A stretch of DNA of 64,000 bases. It comes from Candidatus Woesearchaeota archaeon. GTDB lineage: Archaea > Nanobdellota > Nanobdellia > Woesearchaeales > UBA583. The stretch is from contig OZ242164.1 in NCBI GenBank assembly GCA_965205335.1, positions 96,001 to 160,000 on the forward strand, in the 5' to 3' direction. Position 1 is the first letter of the stretch. Every line of letters starts with the position of its first letter. The translations under genes and the position numbers were made by a program. Below the pieces are notes generated by a model. The model saw only the letters and a list, made by a program, of their open reading frames with translations. It did no database searches and was not told where the DNA came from. This document shows positions 52,679 to 62,393 of the stretch, one piece after another.

Positions 52679-52766
52679 GCTTTCATGGCATTACACATCT
52701 TCTTATGAGTTTGACAACTTTCAGAGAAAGTTGAGGTGGTGACATATGCAACACATCTTATTCTCT

Positions 52767-53302
52767 GTAAAAAAACTTATTTAGAATTTATTTATTTATT
52801 AAGTGTGTTACTTCAAATTCTTTTAAAAGTTTCTGGGATATGTTTTTTTCAAAATAGCATAATTCTATTTTTTTATTGTTTTCTTTTAGATTCTTAATTA
52901 CTGGGATAAAATCTCCATCACCACTAATTAGAATGAATTTTTCACAAATGTTTTCATAGTTACATTTAAGCATATCAACTGCTAAATTTACATCATCTCC
53001 TTTGATTATATATTGTTCTTTTTCCTCAATTAATCTTTTATGTCTCTTGCATAGGATAATATTGAAATTTTTAATTTTTCTTAATCTTTTAAAAAATTCC
53101 TGTTGTTTTACAAATAAATTTTCAAGACCCTTTAATTTTTTTAGAGAACCATTATAATAAAAGATTTCTACTATAATTTCTTTGTCTCCTATTAAATAAT
53201 TTATATATTTTTCAAAATCAAAACTAATATCAGAATATCTCTTATTTATTGTCCTAACACCATAGAAGAAATTAGCCCCATCTATAAAAAACAAACTTTC
53301 AT
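52767..53302 (-). pseudogene. NYN-domain gene (family B), decayed
   Basis: FIDGANF, KGDDVNLAVD, SGDGDF; ATG at 53302 is out of frame by 1 nt; premature TAA precedes ILNKFFYRE. Confidence 0.8.
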
Positions 53303-53304
53303 TT

Positions 53305-53368
53305 TAAAAACCCATTTGTAAACCAAATGGGATACCTAGCAAGTTTTTTTTAGGAACTCTGAAACCTA
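53305..53368 (-). ncRNA. Putative pseudoknot + hairpin leader RNA, family B copy 1
   Basis: TAGGTTTCAGAGTTCCTAAAAAAAACTTGCT..CCCATTTG-GTTTA-CAAATGGG-TTTTT; TATA at 53390-53397. Confidence 0.6.
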
Positions 53369-53645
53369 CTATAATACTATAATAAGATATTTATAAACAT
53401 ATCTGAAAATTGACTTGACAACAAATGAAGGGAAAAAAAGTTAGAATCTCAATTGAAAAAATTATTTGTCAAAAATTGCTATATTTCTTGAATTTCTGGA
53501 CAAATGTTAGTTATTTTGCCTAATTCAAATAGATACTATTGAGAAAAACTCTTGTAAATGATGCTGTGACTGGAAAGGTCTGTGTAATCTAACACCATAA
53601 TAGTAAAATTTGTAAAAATTCCGAACTTTACGCAAAGTAGTACTA

Positions 53646-53669
53646 TTTTTGTAGTAATTACTACAAAAA
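53646..53669. promoter_or_regulatory. Perfect 24-bp palindrome upstream of the MNT-HEPN promoter
   Basis: TTTTTGTAGTAATTACTACAAAAA. Confidence 0.65.
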
Positions 53670-53708
53670 AAGAAGTAGTTTTATAAATAAACAAAACCTA
53701 GCTCTTTT

Positions 53709-54326
53709 ATGATTAAACCTGAAGAAAAAATATTTTTGGCATTCTTTGAAAGCAGAGAAGATAAACTTTACTTCAATCAACTTCAAAAATTGACTGGATT
53801 AAGCCCTTCTTCATTAAACAATACAATAAAAAGATTAAAACAAAAAAATATACTTAAAGAAACCAAAACGCAATCAAACACCTTCTATTCAATAAAAGAC
53901 AAAGAAACAAAACATATTGAGTTCTCTAAAATTGCATTAAATAAATTCAATTCCCTAAACTACAAGATTACGTCTCCCCTAAAAGAACTTACAAAACACA
54001 TAAACAACATAAACTCTATAATTCTTTTTGGCTCATCTTCAAGAGGAGAGGAAAGAGAAGAGAGTGACATAGATTTGTTATTTATAATAAACTTATACAA
54101 AAATAAAAAACTACAAGAATCATATGAACAGGAAACTAAGAAAATAATAGAATATGCAAAACAGAAAGCAAGTTTACTGAGCATATATCCAATAAGCATA
54201 TTCATTACAGACGAGAATAATTTTATAAAAGCAAAGAAAGATTATTTAATACAAAGTGCTAAAAATACAGGATATCCGATATTTAACAGGGAACAGTACT
54301 ACAAATTAATTGAGAATGAAAATTGA
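53709..54326 (+). CDS. HTH + minimal nucleotidyltransferase (MNT antitoxin)
   Basis: ILFGSSSRGE..ESDIDLL. Confidence 0.9.
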   Translation: MIKPEEKIFLAFFESREDKLYFNQLQKLTGLSPSSLNNTIKRLKQKNILKETKTQSNTFYSIKDKETKHIEFSKIALNKFNSLNYKITSPLKELTKHINNINSIILFGSSSRGEEREESDIDLLFIINLYKNKKLQESYEQETKKIIEYAKQKASLLSIYPISIFITDENNFIKAKKDYLIQSAKNTGYPIFNREQYYKLIENEN

Positions 54327-54822
54327 AGAACTAATTGAGGATAAAAAGAAGATTGAAGAACTTTATAAGAACTATTTAAACAAAAAACTAATTATAAAAT
54401 CAAAAGATCATAATTTGCTCAAAAAAACTCATATTGAAAAAGCAAAACATAATCTGGGTTTTGCAGAAAAAATACTAAACTTTGAAGACTATAATGACTG
54501 GATAATAATCTCTCTTTACTACACCCTATATCATAGTTTTCTGGCATTAGTTCAAAAAAAAGGTTACTCTTCCAAAAATCACAATGCAACTCTGACATTT
54601 ATCTTAAAACATTACATTGAATTTGAAAAAGCAGAACTTGAACTATTTGTTAACTTAAAAATATCAGAAGAAGACGCAATATTCTATTCAAGATTAAAAG
54701 AATACAGGACAAAAGCAAGTTACTCAACCAATATTAATTTCAAGAATGAAGACGTAAATGAACTAAACAAAAAAGTAAAAAAACTGCTAATTAAAATAAA
54801 TCATATTATTGAAAATGAATAA
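54310..54822 (+). CDS. HEPN-domain protein
   Basis: KAKHNL, SLYYTLYH, SKNH, RTKASY; overlaps the MNT gene. Confidence 0.85.
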   Translation: MRMKIEELIEDKKKIEELYKNYLNKKLIIKSKDHNLLKKTHIEKAKHNLGFAEKILNFEDYNDWIIISLYYTLYHSFLALVQKKGYSSKNHNATLTFILKHYIEFEKAELELFVNLKISEEDAIFYSRLKEYRTKASYSTNINFKNEDVNELNKKVKKLLIKINHIIENE

Positions 54823-54982
54823 ACACATAAATCTGATTCTTCTCTCCCAAAATTCTTTTTAAGTTCTTTACCGTTTGCGAGTACAAAAATAAAGTAGTTT
54901 CTATTGTTTTTCTTTGAATATTGCAGAAAATCTTCAAAAATTAGCGAAAATTATTTAAATACAGATGAATTATTTTATAATT

Positions 54983-56260
54983 ATGCTAATTAGTTTCAAG
55001 GTTAAAAATTTTTTATCAATAAAAGATGAAGTTGAGTTGAGTTTAGACTCTACATCTAGCAAATCTAATCCTAAGAATTTGTTTAAGGCGGGAGGTTATA
55101 CTTTATTAAATTCCTGTGTAATTTATGGTCCTAATGCTTCAGGTAAGTCAAATATTATCAAAGCAATTTTTTTTGTATGGAATTTAGTTAAAAATTCACT
55201 TAATTTTAACGAGGATGTTAGATTATCAGATCCTCCATTTAATTTGAGGCAATTTAAATTAGATAAAAAGATGTCCCAAATGCCAAGTGAGTTTGAAATT
55301 TATTTTATTAAAAATGATATTGAGTACATATATGGTTTTTCCTGTAATGAAACTAAGATAATTAAGGAGTTTCTGAAGTATAAACCAAAAGGAGAAAATT
55401 TTAAAGAAATTTTTGCAAGAGATGAACAATTCAACGAAGAATTCAAATTTACTCATGATAAAAATAAACAAAGGAAAATTGAGGAATTTACAAATAAAAA
55501 CACATTGTATTTGTCAAAATCAACTCAATTTAATTATGAAAAGATAAAACCTGCTTATGATTTTATTGCTAATGATTTAGTTATTAACTATAGCCCTTCT
55601 TGGAGTGATTATACAATGAAAAAAATCCATGAGGATGTCAAATTTAAAGATAAAGTGGTTGATATACTAGAGAGAGCAGATTTTGGAGGAATTGTTGACT
55701 TGAATGTGAAGAAAAAGAAAGGGAAAGTTAGTGGTTTTGAAGTTAAATTTGAAGGCAAGAGCCCGAGCCTTAAGGAGATTGATGAAGAAGGAGATTTTTA
55801 TGATTTAAAAATATCTCACCCAACTAAGGATGGTAAGGTAGAATATTTTGAGATAAATGAAGAATCAATAGGGACCCAGAAAGTATTTAACATGTTAGGA
55901 CCAATCTTTAATATTTTTGAAACTGGAAAAGTTTTAATTATTGATGAATTAGAATCAAGTTTACATCCCAATATTACTCGTTTTTTAGTAAAGTTATTTA
56001 GTAGCAAGTATAACAAGAAGAATGGGCAAATTATATTTACGACACACGACACAACTTTATTGAAAGAAGAGGAATTATTTAGAAGAGACCAGGTTTACAT
56101 TTGTTCTAAAAGACCTAATGAACAAACAGAGTTATATAGTTTAGTTGATTTTAAGTTAAGAGAAGATATGAACTTTGAGAAAGCCTATTTTGGGGGGAGA
56201 GTTGGAGGACTTCCATTTATTGATGAAACTTTTTTTGATGAAAATGACGAGGAGAAATAG
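54983..56260 (+). CDS. RloA/AAA_21 ATPase (copy 2)
   Basis: Near-identical to 14994..16265 except for a central block. Confidence 0.9.
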   Translation: MLISFKVKNFLSIKDEVELSLDSTSSKSNPKNLFKAGGYTLLNSCVIYGPNASGKSNIIKAIFFVWNLVKNSLNFNEDVRLSDPPFNLRQFKLDKKMSQMPSEFEIYFIKNDIEYIYGFSCNETKIIKEFLKYKPKGENFKEIFARDEQFNEEFKFTHDKNKQRKIEEFTNKNTLYLSKSTQFNYEKIKPAYDFIANDLVINYSPSWSDYTMKKIHEDVKFKDKVVDILERADFGGIVDLNVKKKKGKVSGFEVKFEGKSPSLKEIDEEGDFYDLKISHPTKDGKVEYFEINEESIGTQKVFNMLGPIFNIFETGKVLIIDELESSLHPNITRFLVKLFSSKYNKKNGQIIFTTHDTTLLKEEELFRRDQVYICSKRPNEQTELYSLVDFKLREDMNFEKAYFGGRVGGLPFIDETFFDENDEEK

Positions 56261-56471
56261 GAATATTAAAAAATCTACTAGAACTTTATGGATATTTTGT
56301 GAAGGTCATACTGAAGAGAGATATTTTAAGAATTTGAAGTTTAATGAGCGTTTGAGAATCAAATCTAGATTGGCTAGGAGGTCTTCTCCTGATTCAATTG
56401 TTGAAAAAGCAATAAGGTTTTTAGAAAATGGAGGTGAATTTGAGAGCGGAGATTTAATTTGTTGTGTTTAA
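56238..56471 (+). pseudogene. rloB-like gene truncated by a MITE end
   Basis: FCEGHTEERYF..LICCV; the stop falls where the MITE remnant 56470-56506 begins. Confidence 0.85.
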
Positions 56472-56578
56472 CACTTTAAGTTTTCTTGAATTTCCGGACA
56501 GAATCCTAAATCTGAATTCTTTTTAACTCATCAGATCTTTTAAACTTCTGTCCGCAATACCAAATCTAAAAACAAGGC

Positions 56579-56914
56579 TTAACCCTTATATCTAAATTTT
56601 TTATTATATTCCTTGTGATCAATAATTGCAAGAATAAATGCAATAATCTCCACTTCATTTCCCTTTATGGTATAAAGCAGTCTCCAAAAATTTGAAATTT
56701 CAACCCTATATAGATTTTCATATTGTAAATACTCCCTTGGAATCAGATTTTTTCTAATAGGATCTCCAAACTGAGGATTTGTTCTGAGTCTTTCCTTTAC
56801 TTTGTCAATTGATTTTAGAAGTATCCTTGCCTGCTTGTCAGATCTTTTCTTTAATTGAGAATAGTTTTCAATTGCCTCACCAAGCAACCTTACTCTAACT
56901 TCTTTATCAACCAT
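56579..56914 (-). CDS. RelE-like toxin-family protein
   Basis: NPQFGDPI, NLYRVEI..WRLLYTI, IIDHKEY. Confidence 0.7.
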   Translation of the reverse strand: MVDKEVRVRLLGEAIENYSQLKKRSDKQARILLKSIDKVKERLRTNPQFGDPIRKNLIPREYLQYENLYRVEISNFWRLLYTIKGNEVEIIAFILAIIDHKEYNKKFRYKG

Positions 56915-56916
56915 CT

Positions 56917-57186
56917 TTACAATTCAATGCTGTTTTTAATTAACTTATCCATCTCCTTTGGATTTGTATAAATCCATTGAACTCCTTTTGGTCCGTAAAT
57001 TATCTTTCCGCTCTCCCACAAATACTCTAAAATAACCTTCAAAGTCTGATGCATAACTTGTCTTGGGAGAGATTTTCTTATTTCTGACACTTTCATCGGA
57101 ACAGAATTATTCTTTTGCAGAAATTCCTCAACCATAAGCACAGTTCCAAGATTAGGGTATCTGCCTTTCTTGAGCATATTTTCCAT
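56917..57186 (-). CDS. Winged-HTH protein, putative antitoxin
   Basis: Directly upstream of the RelE-like gene; PNLGTVLMVE..LEYLWESGKI. Confidence 0.65.
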   Translation of the reverse strand: MENMLKKGRYPNLGTVLMVEEFLQKNNSVPMKVSEIRKSLPRQVMHQTLKVILEYLWESGKIIYGPKGVQWIYTNPKEMDKLIKNSIEL

Positions 57187-57308
57187 TTTTATATATGTTA
57201 ATATTAAAAAAGTATTAATAGATATATATAGTTTACATTTACTTATATATAAAACTTTTCATAGTTGGCAACATTCTTAATCACATCTAAGGACTTTTTA
57301 GTGATATT

Positions 57309-57530
57309 TTAATTCTTTATCTTCCAATATCCTCCCCTATCAGGCCCTACCCTTTCAATAATACCTTTCCTTTTCAGTTTATCTAATTGAAATTTAACCC
57401 CATCTTCACTAATTCCTACTAATTGAGATAATTCTCTCCTACTAACTTTAGGATTTTTCATAATCAAAGTAACTATTTTTCTAGTAGTTTTGTGAGTGAT
57501 TTTCTGGGCAGTTTTCTGGGTAGTTTTCAT
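57309..57530 (-). pseudogene. wHTH fragment copy 2, abutting half MITE 57529-57591
   Basis: Duplicate of the 34239-34545 block with fewer TTQK units. Confidence 0.7.
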
Positions 57531-57633
57531 TTGTCAAAAATTACTTTATTTATATAACACTTTAAGTTCTCTTGAATTTCCGGACAGAGCCGAACTAAAG
57601 AAAAGTTTATAAATATCTATATGTTATATATAT

Positions 57634-57700
57634 TAAGTTTCATGGTCACTTGTAAAAAAACCTGCTTCGTATTCCCTCCCTCATTCGTGATGGAGGTTTT
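57634..57700 (+). ncRNA. Putative pseudoknot + hairpin leader RNA, family B copy 2
   Basis: TAAGTTTCATGGTCACTTGTAAAAAAACCTGCT..CCTCCCTCA-TTCG-TGATGGAGG-TTTT; TATA at 57606-57613. Confidence 0.6.
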
Positions 57701-57703
57701 AAA

Positions 57704-58261
57704 ATGAAAGTTCTTGTTTTTATAGATGGTGCTAATTTCTTTTATGGCATAAGAAGTATTAGATCTAAATATAGTGATTTAAATTTTAATTTTGAAAAAT
57801 ATATAAAAAATGAGATTTTAAAAGAAGCAGATGAATTATTGAACGTTTTCTATTACAATGCTCCATTAAAAAACTTAGGTGGAAATAATAATCTGTATGC
57901 TAAACAACAAAGATTTTTTATAAAATTAGAGAAAACAGAAAAGTTCAAAGTAATTTTGTGTAAAAGGCAGAAGAGATTAAATGAAAGAGGAGAAGAGTTT
58001 CACGTAATTAAAGGTGATGACATTCATTTAGCAGTTGATTTAGTTAGATGTTTATATGAAACAGAAGTTGATAAGATAATTTTAATGAGTGGAGATGGGG
58101 ATTTCAAACCTGCAATCAGATTGGCAAAAGAGAAAGATAAAATTGTAAATCTGTGTTATTTTAAAGATAACATTTCTAAGAATATTTATAATATAACAAA
58201 TCAGAAGTATTTAATAGATAAAAGAATTTTAAATAAATATTTTTATAGATGGAAAAAATGA
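57704..58261 (+). CDS. NYN-domain ribonuclease (family B)
   Basis: VFIDGANF, FYYNAP, KGDDIHLAVD, MSGDGDFKP. Confidence 0.9.
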   Translation: MKVLVFIDGANFFYGIRSIRSKYSDLNFNFEKYIKNEILKEADELLNVFYYNAPLKNLGGNNNLYAKQQRFFIKLEKTEKFKVILCKRQKRLNERGEEFHVIKGDDIHLAVDLVRCLYETEVDKIILMSGDGDFKPAIRLAKEKDKIVNLCYFKDNISKNIYNITNQKYLIDKRILNKYFYRWKK

Positions 58262-58451
58262 AAATAGGAACTGTAATTCCTATGCACAAATCATTAAAAG
58301 TTGGAAGGGATTTATTACTCTGAAAAAATAGATAATTCTGAAAATTGGTTGTTTATTTATGAGTATTCTATTTTGATGGGGAAAAAAGAAGGATTTGATA
58401 AATCACCATTATTTAAAAAGCTAAGAGAAAGAAATATTTCTTTTATAGAAT

Positions 58452-58868
58452 ATGAGAAATTATAATGAATCACTAAATGTTGCTCAAAAGTTGTACACAG
58501 ATAATACTTCAAGTTTGTGGGTAATAGTTAGTAGTTATTATTCTATGTTTTATCTTGCAAATGCAGTGTTATACAAGTTAGGATATAAGGTAGGAGATAA
58601 AATTGCACATAAAATAACATCTGATGCGTTAATAGTTTTAGTTAAAGATAAACTAAGTACTTATATTTTAAATGAGTATGAGATTGCAAGCGAAGAGGCA
58701 TTGTTGATTTCTAATAATTTAATTGAGAATTATGATTTTGAGAGAATAAAAAGGTCTAAATTACAGTATGAATCTACTGAAGAAATTAAAATATCAAAAG
58801 CAAGAACTTCCTTAGATAGAGCAAAAAGGTTTGCTTTGGAGTTAGAAAATTATCTTGAGAAATTATGA
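58452..58868 (+). CDS. HEPN-domain protein, probably 5'-truncated
   Basis: SYYSMFY, KIAH, RSKLQY. Confidence 0.7.
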   Translation: MRNYNESLNVAQKLYTDNTSSLWVIVSSYYSMFYLANAVLYKLGYKVGDKIAHKITSDALIVLVKDKLSTYILNEYEIASEEALLISNNLIENYDFERIKRSKLQYESTEEIKISKARTSLDRAKRFALELENYLEKL

Positions 58869-59013
58869 ATTGAAATTGTTTGCCATCTTCTTGCCATTAA
58901 AAGATAATTTGACAATTCAAATAGAAGAAAAAAGATTAGATTCAGGTAGTCAATAAAAGAATTCAATTCATATACATTGACATTCTCAAGCCATATAATG
59001 GGATAATATTCTC

Positions 59014-59083
59014 GGCTCTGTCCAGAAATTGCTTTTTCCAAAATCTATGCTAACTATATTCAATCAAAGAAAAAAATTATTTG
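59014..59083 (-). mobile_element. Half MITE (complementary half to 57529-57591)
   Basis: GGCTCTGTCCAGAAATT...AAAAAAATTATTTG. Confidence 0.85.
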
Positions 59084-59120
59084 AGCAACATAGGAAAGTA
59101 AGAAGTGTATAATATGTTAT

Positions 59121-59447
59121 TTGAAAAAGGATTTGATGTTAAGGATAAATAAGGTTGAGAAAATTAGTTCTGAGATAGGAAGGATAAAGTATTCAATGAA
59201 GTTGTTTGGTCTTGATGTTAAATTTGAGAGTACTAGGTTTTTCACAGTTATTTTAAGAAGAGTTTCTACCACCCAAGTTACCCCCCAAGTTGAACTTACT
59301 GAGTTGGAGAAAAAAATATTGTTGGATATACAAGCAAATCCTAATATTTCAAGAAATGACTTGGCAATTAATCTAGATATTAGTTCAACAATCAAAGAAT
59401 TAACAAATAAAAGCTTCTATTTCATACAACTCCCATTTTGGGAGTAA
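59121..59447 (+). pseudogene. Fragment of an ATP-binding/HTH regulator
   Basis: VEKISSEIGRI..TQVTPQVELTELEKKIL..NPNISRNDLA. Confidence 0.55.
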
Positions 59448-59502
59448 GTTTATAAATAAATGAATCACAATAAATATAAATACTAATAAGAAATAATTTA
59501 GA

Positions 59503-60348
59503 GTGGAAACAGACAATCAAGACATCTTAATTGAATCATTAAGAGCATTAGAAGTAATTAGAGAATCTAAATCTTCATCAAAAATTAATTTAGAGACATT
59601 AGAAAAAATCACTCCCTTTTTTATAACTGCTCTTACTGGTTTTTTGAAAAAGAACCCCAATATTAAAATAATCATGCCCAAAAATAATTCCCTCTGTTCT
59701 TATCTGAAAACAATAAAATTTCCACAGACTACTAACTCATTAAATACGAATAAAAAAACATACACACCTTTATATGAATTAAAAACAAGATTAGGTTCTG
59801 ATAGTGAGAATGGTGAAATCATAGATATGATTGAAAAAATCATTGTTGAAAATTTTAATCTGAAAACAAATATTAATATTTTAATGTCTATCTTTGATGA
59901 ATTAATCTGTAATATTCAACAACACTCAAACTCAAACTTTAACTGCATCCAAGCCCAAATGTATGATAACAAATTAGCAATATCACTACTTGATACAGGA
60001 ATTTCAATCCCTCAAAGTTATATAAGAGTAGGATATAAAGACGAAGAAGATATGCAATTATTTAAGTTAGCATTTAATGGGATCTCTACAAAAGATAATA
60101 AAGAAAGAGGAACAGGAATTCCAAATATATATAACTGGGTTTGTAAAGGCTTAAAAGGAAGCATGGTTATAATTTCAAAGAGTTGTGTTTTTAAAAAATT
60201 ACCAAATGAAGAACTGGAATTTATTAACTTAAAATCAAAAGAATTAAATCTTAAATTTGAAGGAACAATAATTAACTTGCTTTTTGAGAAGCCTAAAACA
60301 AAAATAAACATTTACAAGCATATAAAGAACAAAATCCTTACTGAATAA
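59503..60348 (+). CDS. HATPase-fold (anti-sigma-like) protein
   Basis: ELICNIQQHS, LDTGISI, GISTK..RGTGI, GTII. Confidence 0.8.
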   Translation: METDNQDILIESLRALEVIRESKSSSKINLETLEKITPFFITALTGFLKKNPNIKIIMPKNNSLCSYLKTIKFPQTTNSLNTNKKTYTPLYELKTRLGSDSENGEIIDMIEKIIVENFNLKTNINILMSIFDELICNIQQHSNSNFNCIQAQMYDNKLAISLLDTGISIPQSYIRVGYKDEEDMQLFKLAFNGISTKDNKERGTGIPNIYNWVCKGLKGSMVIISKSCVFKKLPNEELEFINLKSKELNLKFEGTIINLLFEKPKTKINIYKHIKNKILTE

Positions 60349-60412
60349 ACAATAGCAAAGTTTATAATATTTGTTATATATTAGGTAATTATTAATTAAG
60401 GGGTTATGGTAA

Positions 60413-60709
60413 ATGATTATATTAAATAAAAACTTAGCAACAAGAATGTCAGCTCAAAATTTATTTGAAAAAATTAAAAAAGAGAGTGATTACTCATTAG
60501 ATTTTAAAAATGTAATTATTGCTTCAAGGTCTTTTACAAATGAATTTGTTAATTTAGAAAAGAAACACAAAATAGAAGTTAAAAAGAAGAATATAAAAAA
60601 AGATGTCAAAATGATGTTTGATATAGCAGACAAACCCTTGAATTCAAGCATATTACAACAAGAAAAATACTCAACAGTTTCTATTGACAAATATGCACAC
60701 TTAATATAA
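60413..60709 (+). CDS. STAS-like (DUF4325-like) partner protein
   Basis: LATRMSA..LDFKNVIIASRSFTNE. Confidence 0.75.
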   Translation: MIILNKNLATRMSAQNLFEKIKKESDYSLDFKNVIIASRSFTNEFVNLEKKHKIEVKKKNIKKDVKMMFDIADKPLNSSILQQEKYSTVSIDKYAHLI

Positions 60710-60754
60710 TTATTATAGACTGAAATTTCATTTGTAAATCTGCCTTCCTTAAAA

Positions 60755-60946
60755 TTATCTTATTTTTATCTCTTTAAATATTGGACCATTTTTTAAACTT
60801 GATAAAATAAATTTGTTGTCTCCCCAAATAAGTTTATTAGTCCATCCTTCTAATTGTCTTCCTTTTTCATTAACCCCAAAATCATCTAATGTTGAAGAAT
60901 TTTCTTTTCGTGGTTCATCAATATGTTCTATTCTTTGAAAAGGCAT
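60755..60946 (-). pseudogene. N-terminal remnant of a DNA methyltransferase
   Basis: WTNKLIWGDNKFILSSLKNGP. Confidence 0.7.
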
Positions 60947-61312
60947 AACTACATTTGAAAACTTCTATTTCATTATCTTTTTTCATACCTTGAATTTCGT
61001 CTATAATACTTTCATAGATATTTTTTATAGTTTCTCTTCCTTTGAATTTTTGTTGAATTTCATATTCGATTTCAGTATATTGTTCTCTATCTCTTACCCA
61101 CAAATACATTTCAGGAGAAGTTTGTTGAATTTCTTGCAATAATTCTTTATAATGCCATAATTGAAGTCCATAAGTTTTTTGATGTTTCTTTTTCTTCCCT
61201 TCAAATTTAGCATGATCTTCTTGTTCTAAATCCTTGAAAAGTTTAGCAGATTTAATGTCAATTATATCATAAGAGTAATTTCCAAATTTAGAATTTTTGT
61301 TAGAATTTTTTC

Positions 61313-61552
61313 TTAATAAATCTGGTTTTCCTCTTCTTTATATGCTTCTCTTAATGTCTCCTTACTATAAAGGTTTTCAAGTTCTTCCTGTTCTTGAGAG
61401 GAAATTAATGGGTATCTTGCTTCTCGCAGTTCCTCTCTTACAATCTTTCTGATCATTCTCCCAAGCCTTTCATAATCTATCTTTGCTCTAACACCTCTGT
61501 TACTATCTCCCTTACTCTTAACTTTATTTTCTAATTTTGCACTTTGCACCAT
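61313..61552 (-). CDS. Small hypothetical (antitoxin-like) protein
   Basis: 79-aa ORF with TATA box ~25 nt upstream. Confidence 0.5.
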   Translation of the reverse strand: MVQSAKLENKVKSKGDSNRGVRAKIDYERLGRMIRKIVREELREARYPLISSQEQEELENLYSKETLREAYKEEENQIY

Positions 61553-62020
61553 AAAAGAATCTCTTCTTTCCCATTTATAAGCCTTGTGGCTATGTTATAG
61601 TACGTTTTAACTTGTTATCCATAAACTTCTTTCACCTATTTGATATTAAATATCTTCCAACACCATCTCCCTTATCTTACTCACTCGTTCTCTAACTTGT
61701 TCGTATTCCATTATTTTGTTTATTCTTTAATTTTAGGATGTTCTTTTAAATATTCTTCTCTTAAAACTATTGCTCCTAATTTAAAAATTAACCATATACT
61801 TATTTTAGGATTTCTATAGAGATAAGTTTGAACTTTTTCAAATTTTGAATTATACATTAAATTATGCATTAATACTATAGATTTCATTTCTACCTGATAT
61901 TTATTTTGTGGTTTTTGTTTATTCAATTCTTTTAGTAAATTATTTTTTTCATCTTTAAGTACTTCATAAAAACTACATTCTTCTAATATCTTTTAACCTA
62001 TTAATAATCTAAGTATAAAG

Positions 62021-62320
62021 TTAGAAGTTGATAAAGGAATTTTTGTAGAAGAACATTCTAAAGAAAATATTAGATATTGTGCAAAATTTCTTGATTTTTG
62101 AGGTGAGAAACAATTTGATGATAATAAAGTTTGGTATATATATCGTTTTGCTGATGTCAGCAAAATGATTGGAATAGTTAATATTTGTTCTAATTTCTCT
62201 TTTAGAATCAGAGCCTAAACCAACCATTTTCCTGACGTCAGGAAAAAGGTTTAAAACATCATTTCTAATAGTCATGCAAGATTCTTTTGCTTTTTCATTT
62301 ATATTTAGAAAATTACGCAA
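62021..62320 (-). pseudogene. DinD-like remnant
   Basis: KAKESC..FPDVRKMVGLGSDSKREI, NHFADISKTI. Confidence 0.6.
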
Positions 62321-62393
62321 CTACTCATAGTCAGAAGGCACTTTGCTATCATCTCTTCATTTTTAATTTTCTCTAATATCTCTTTTTAATTCC

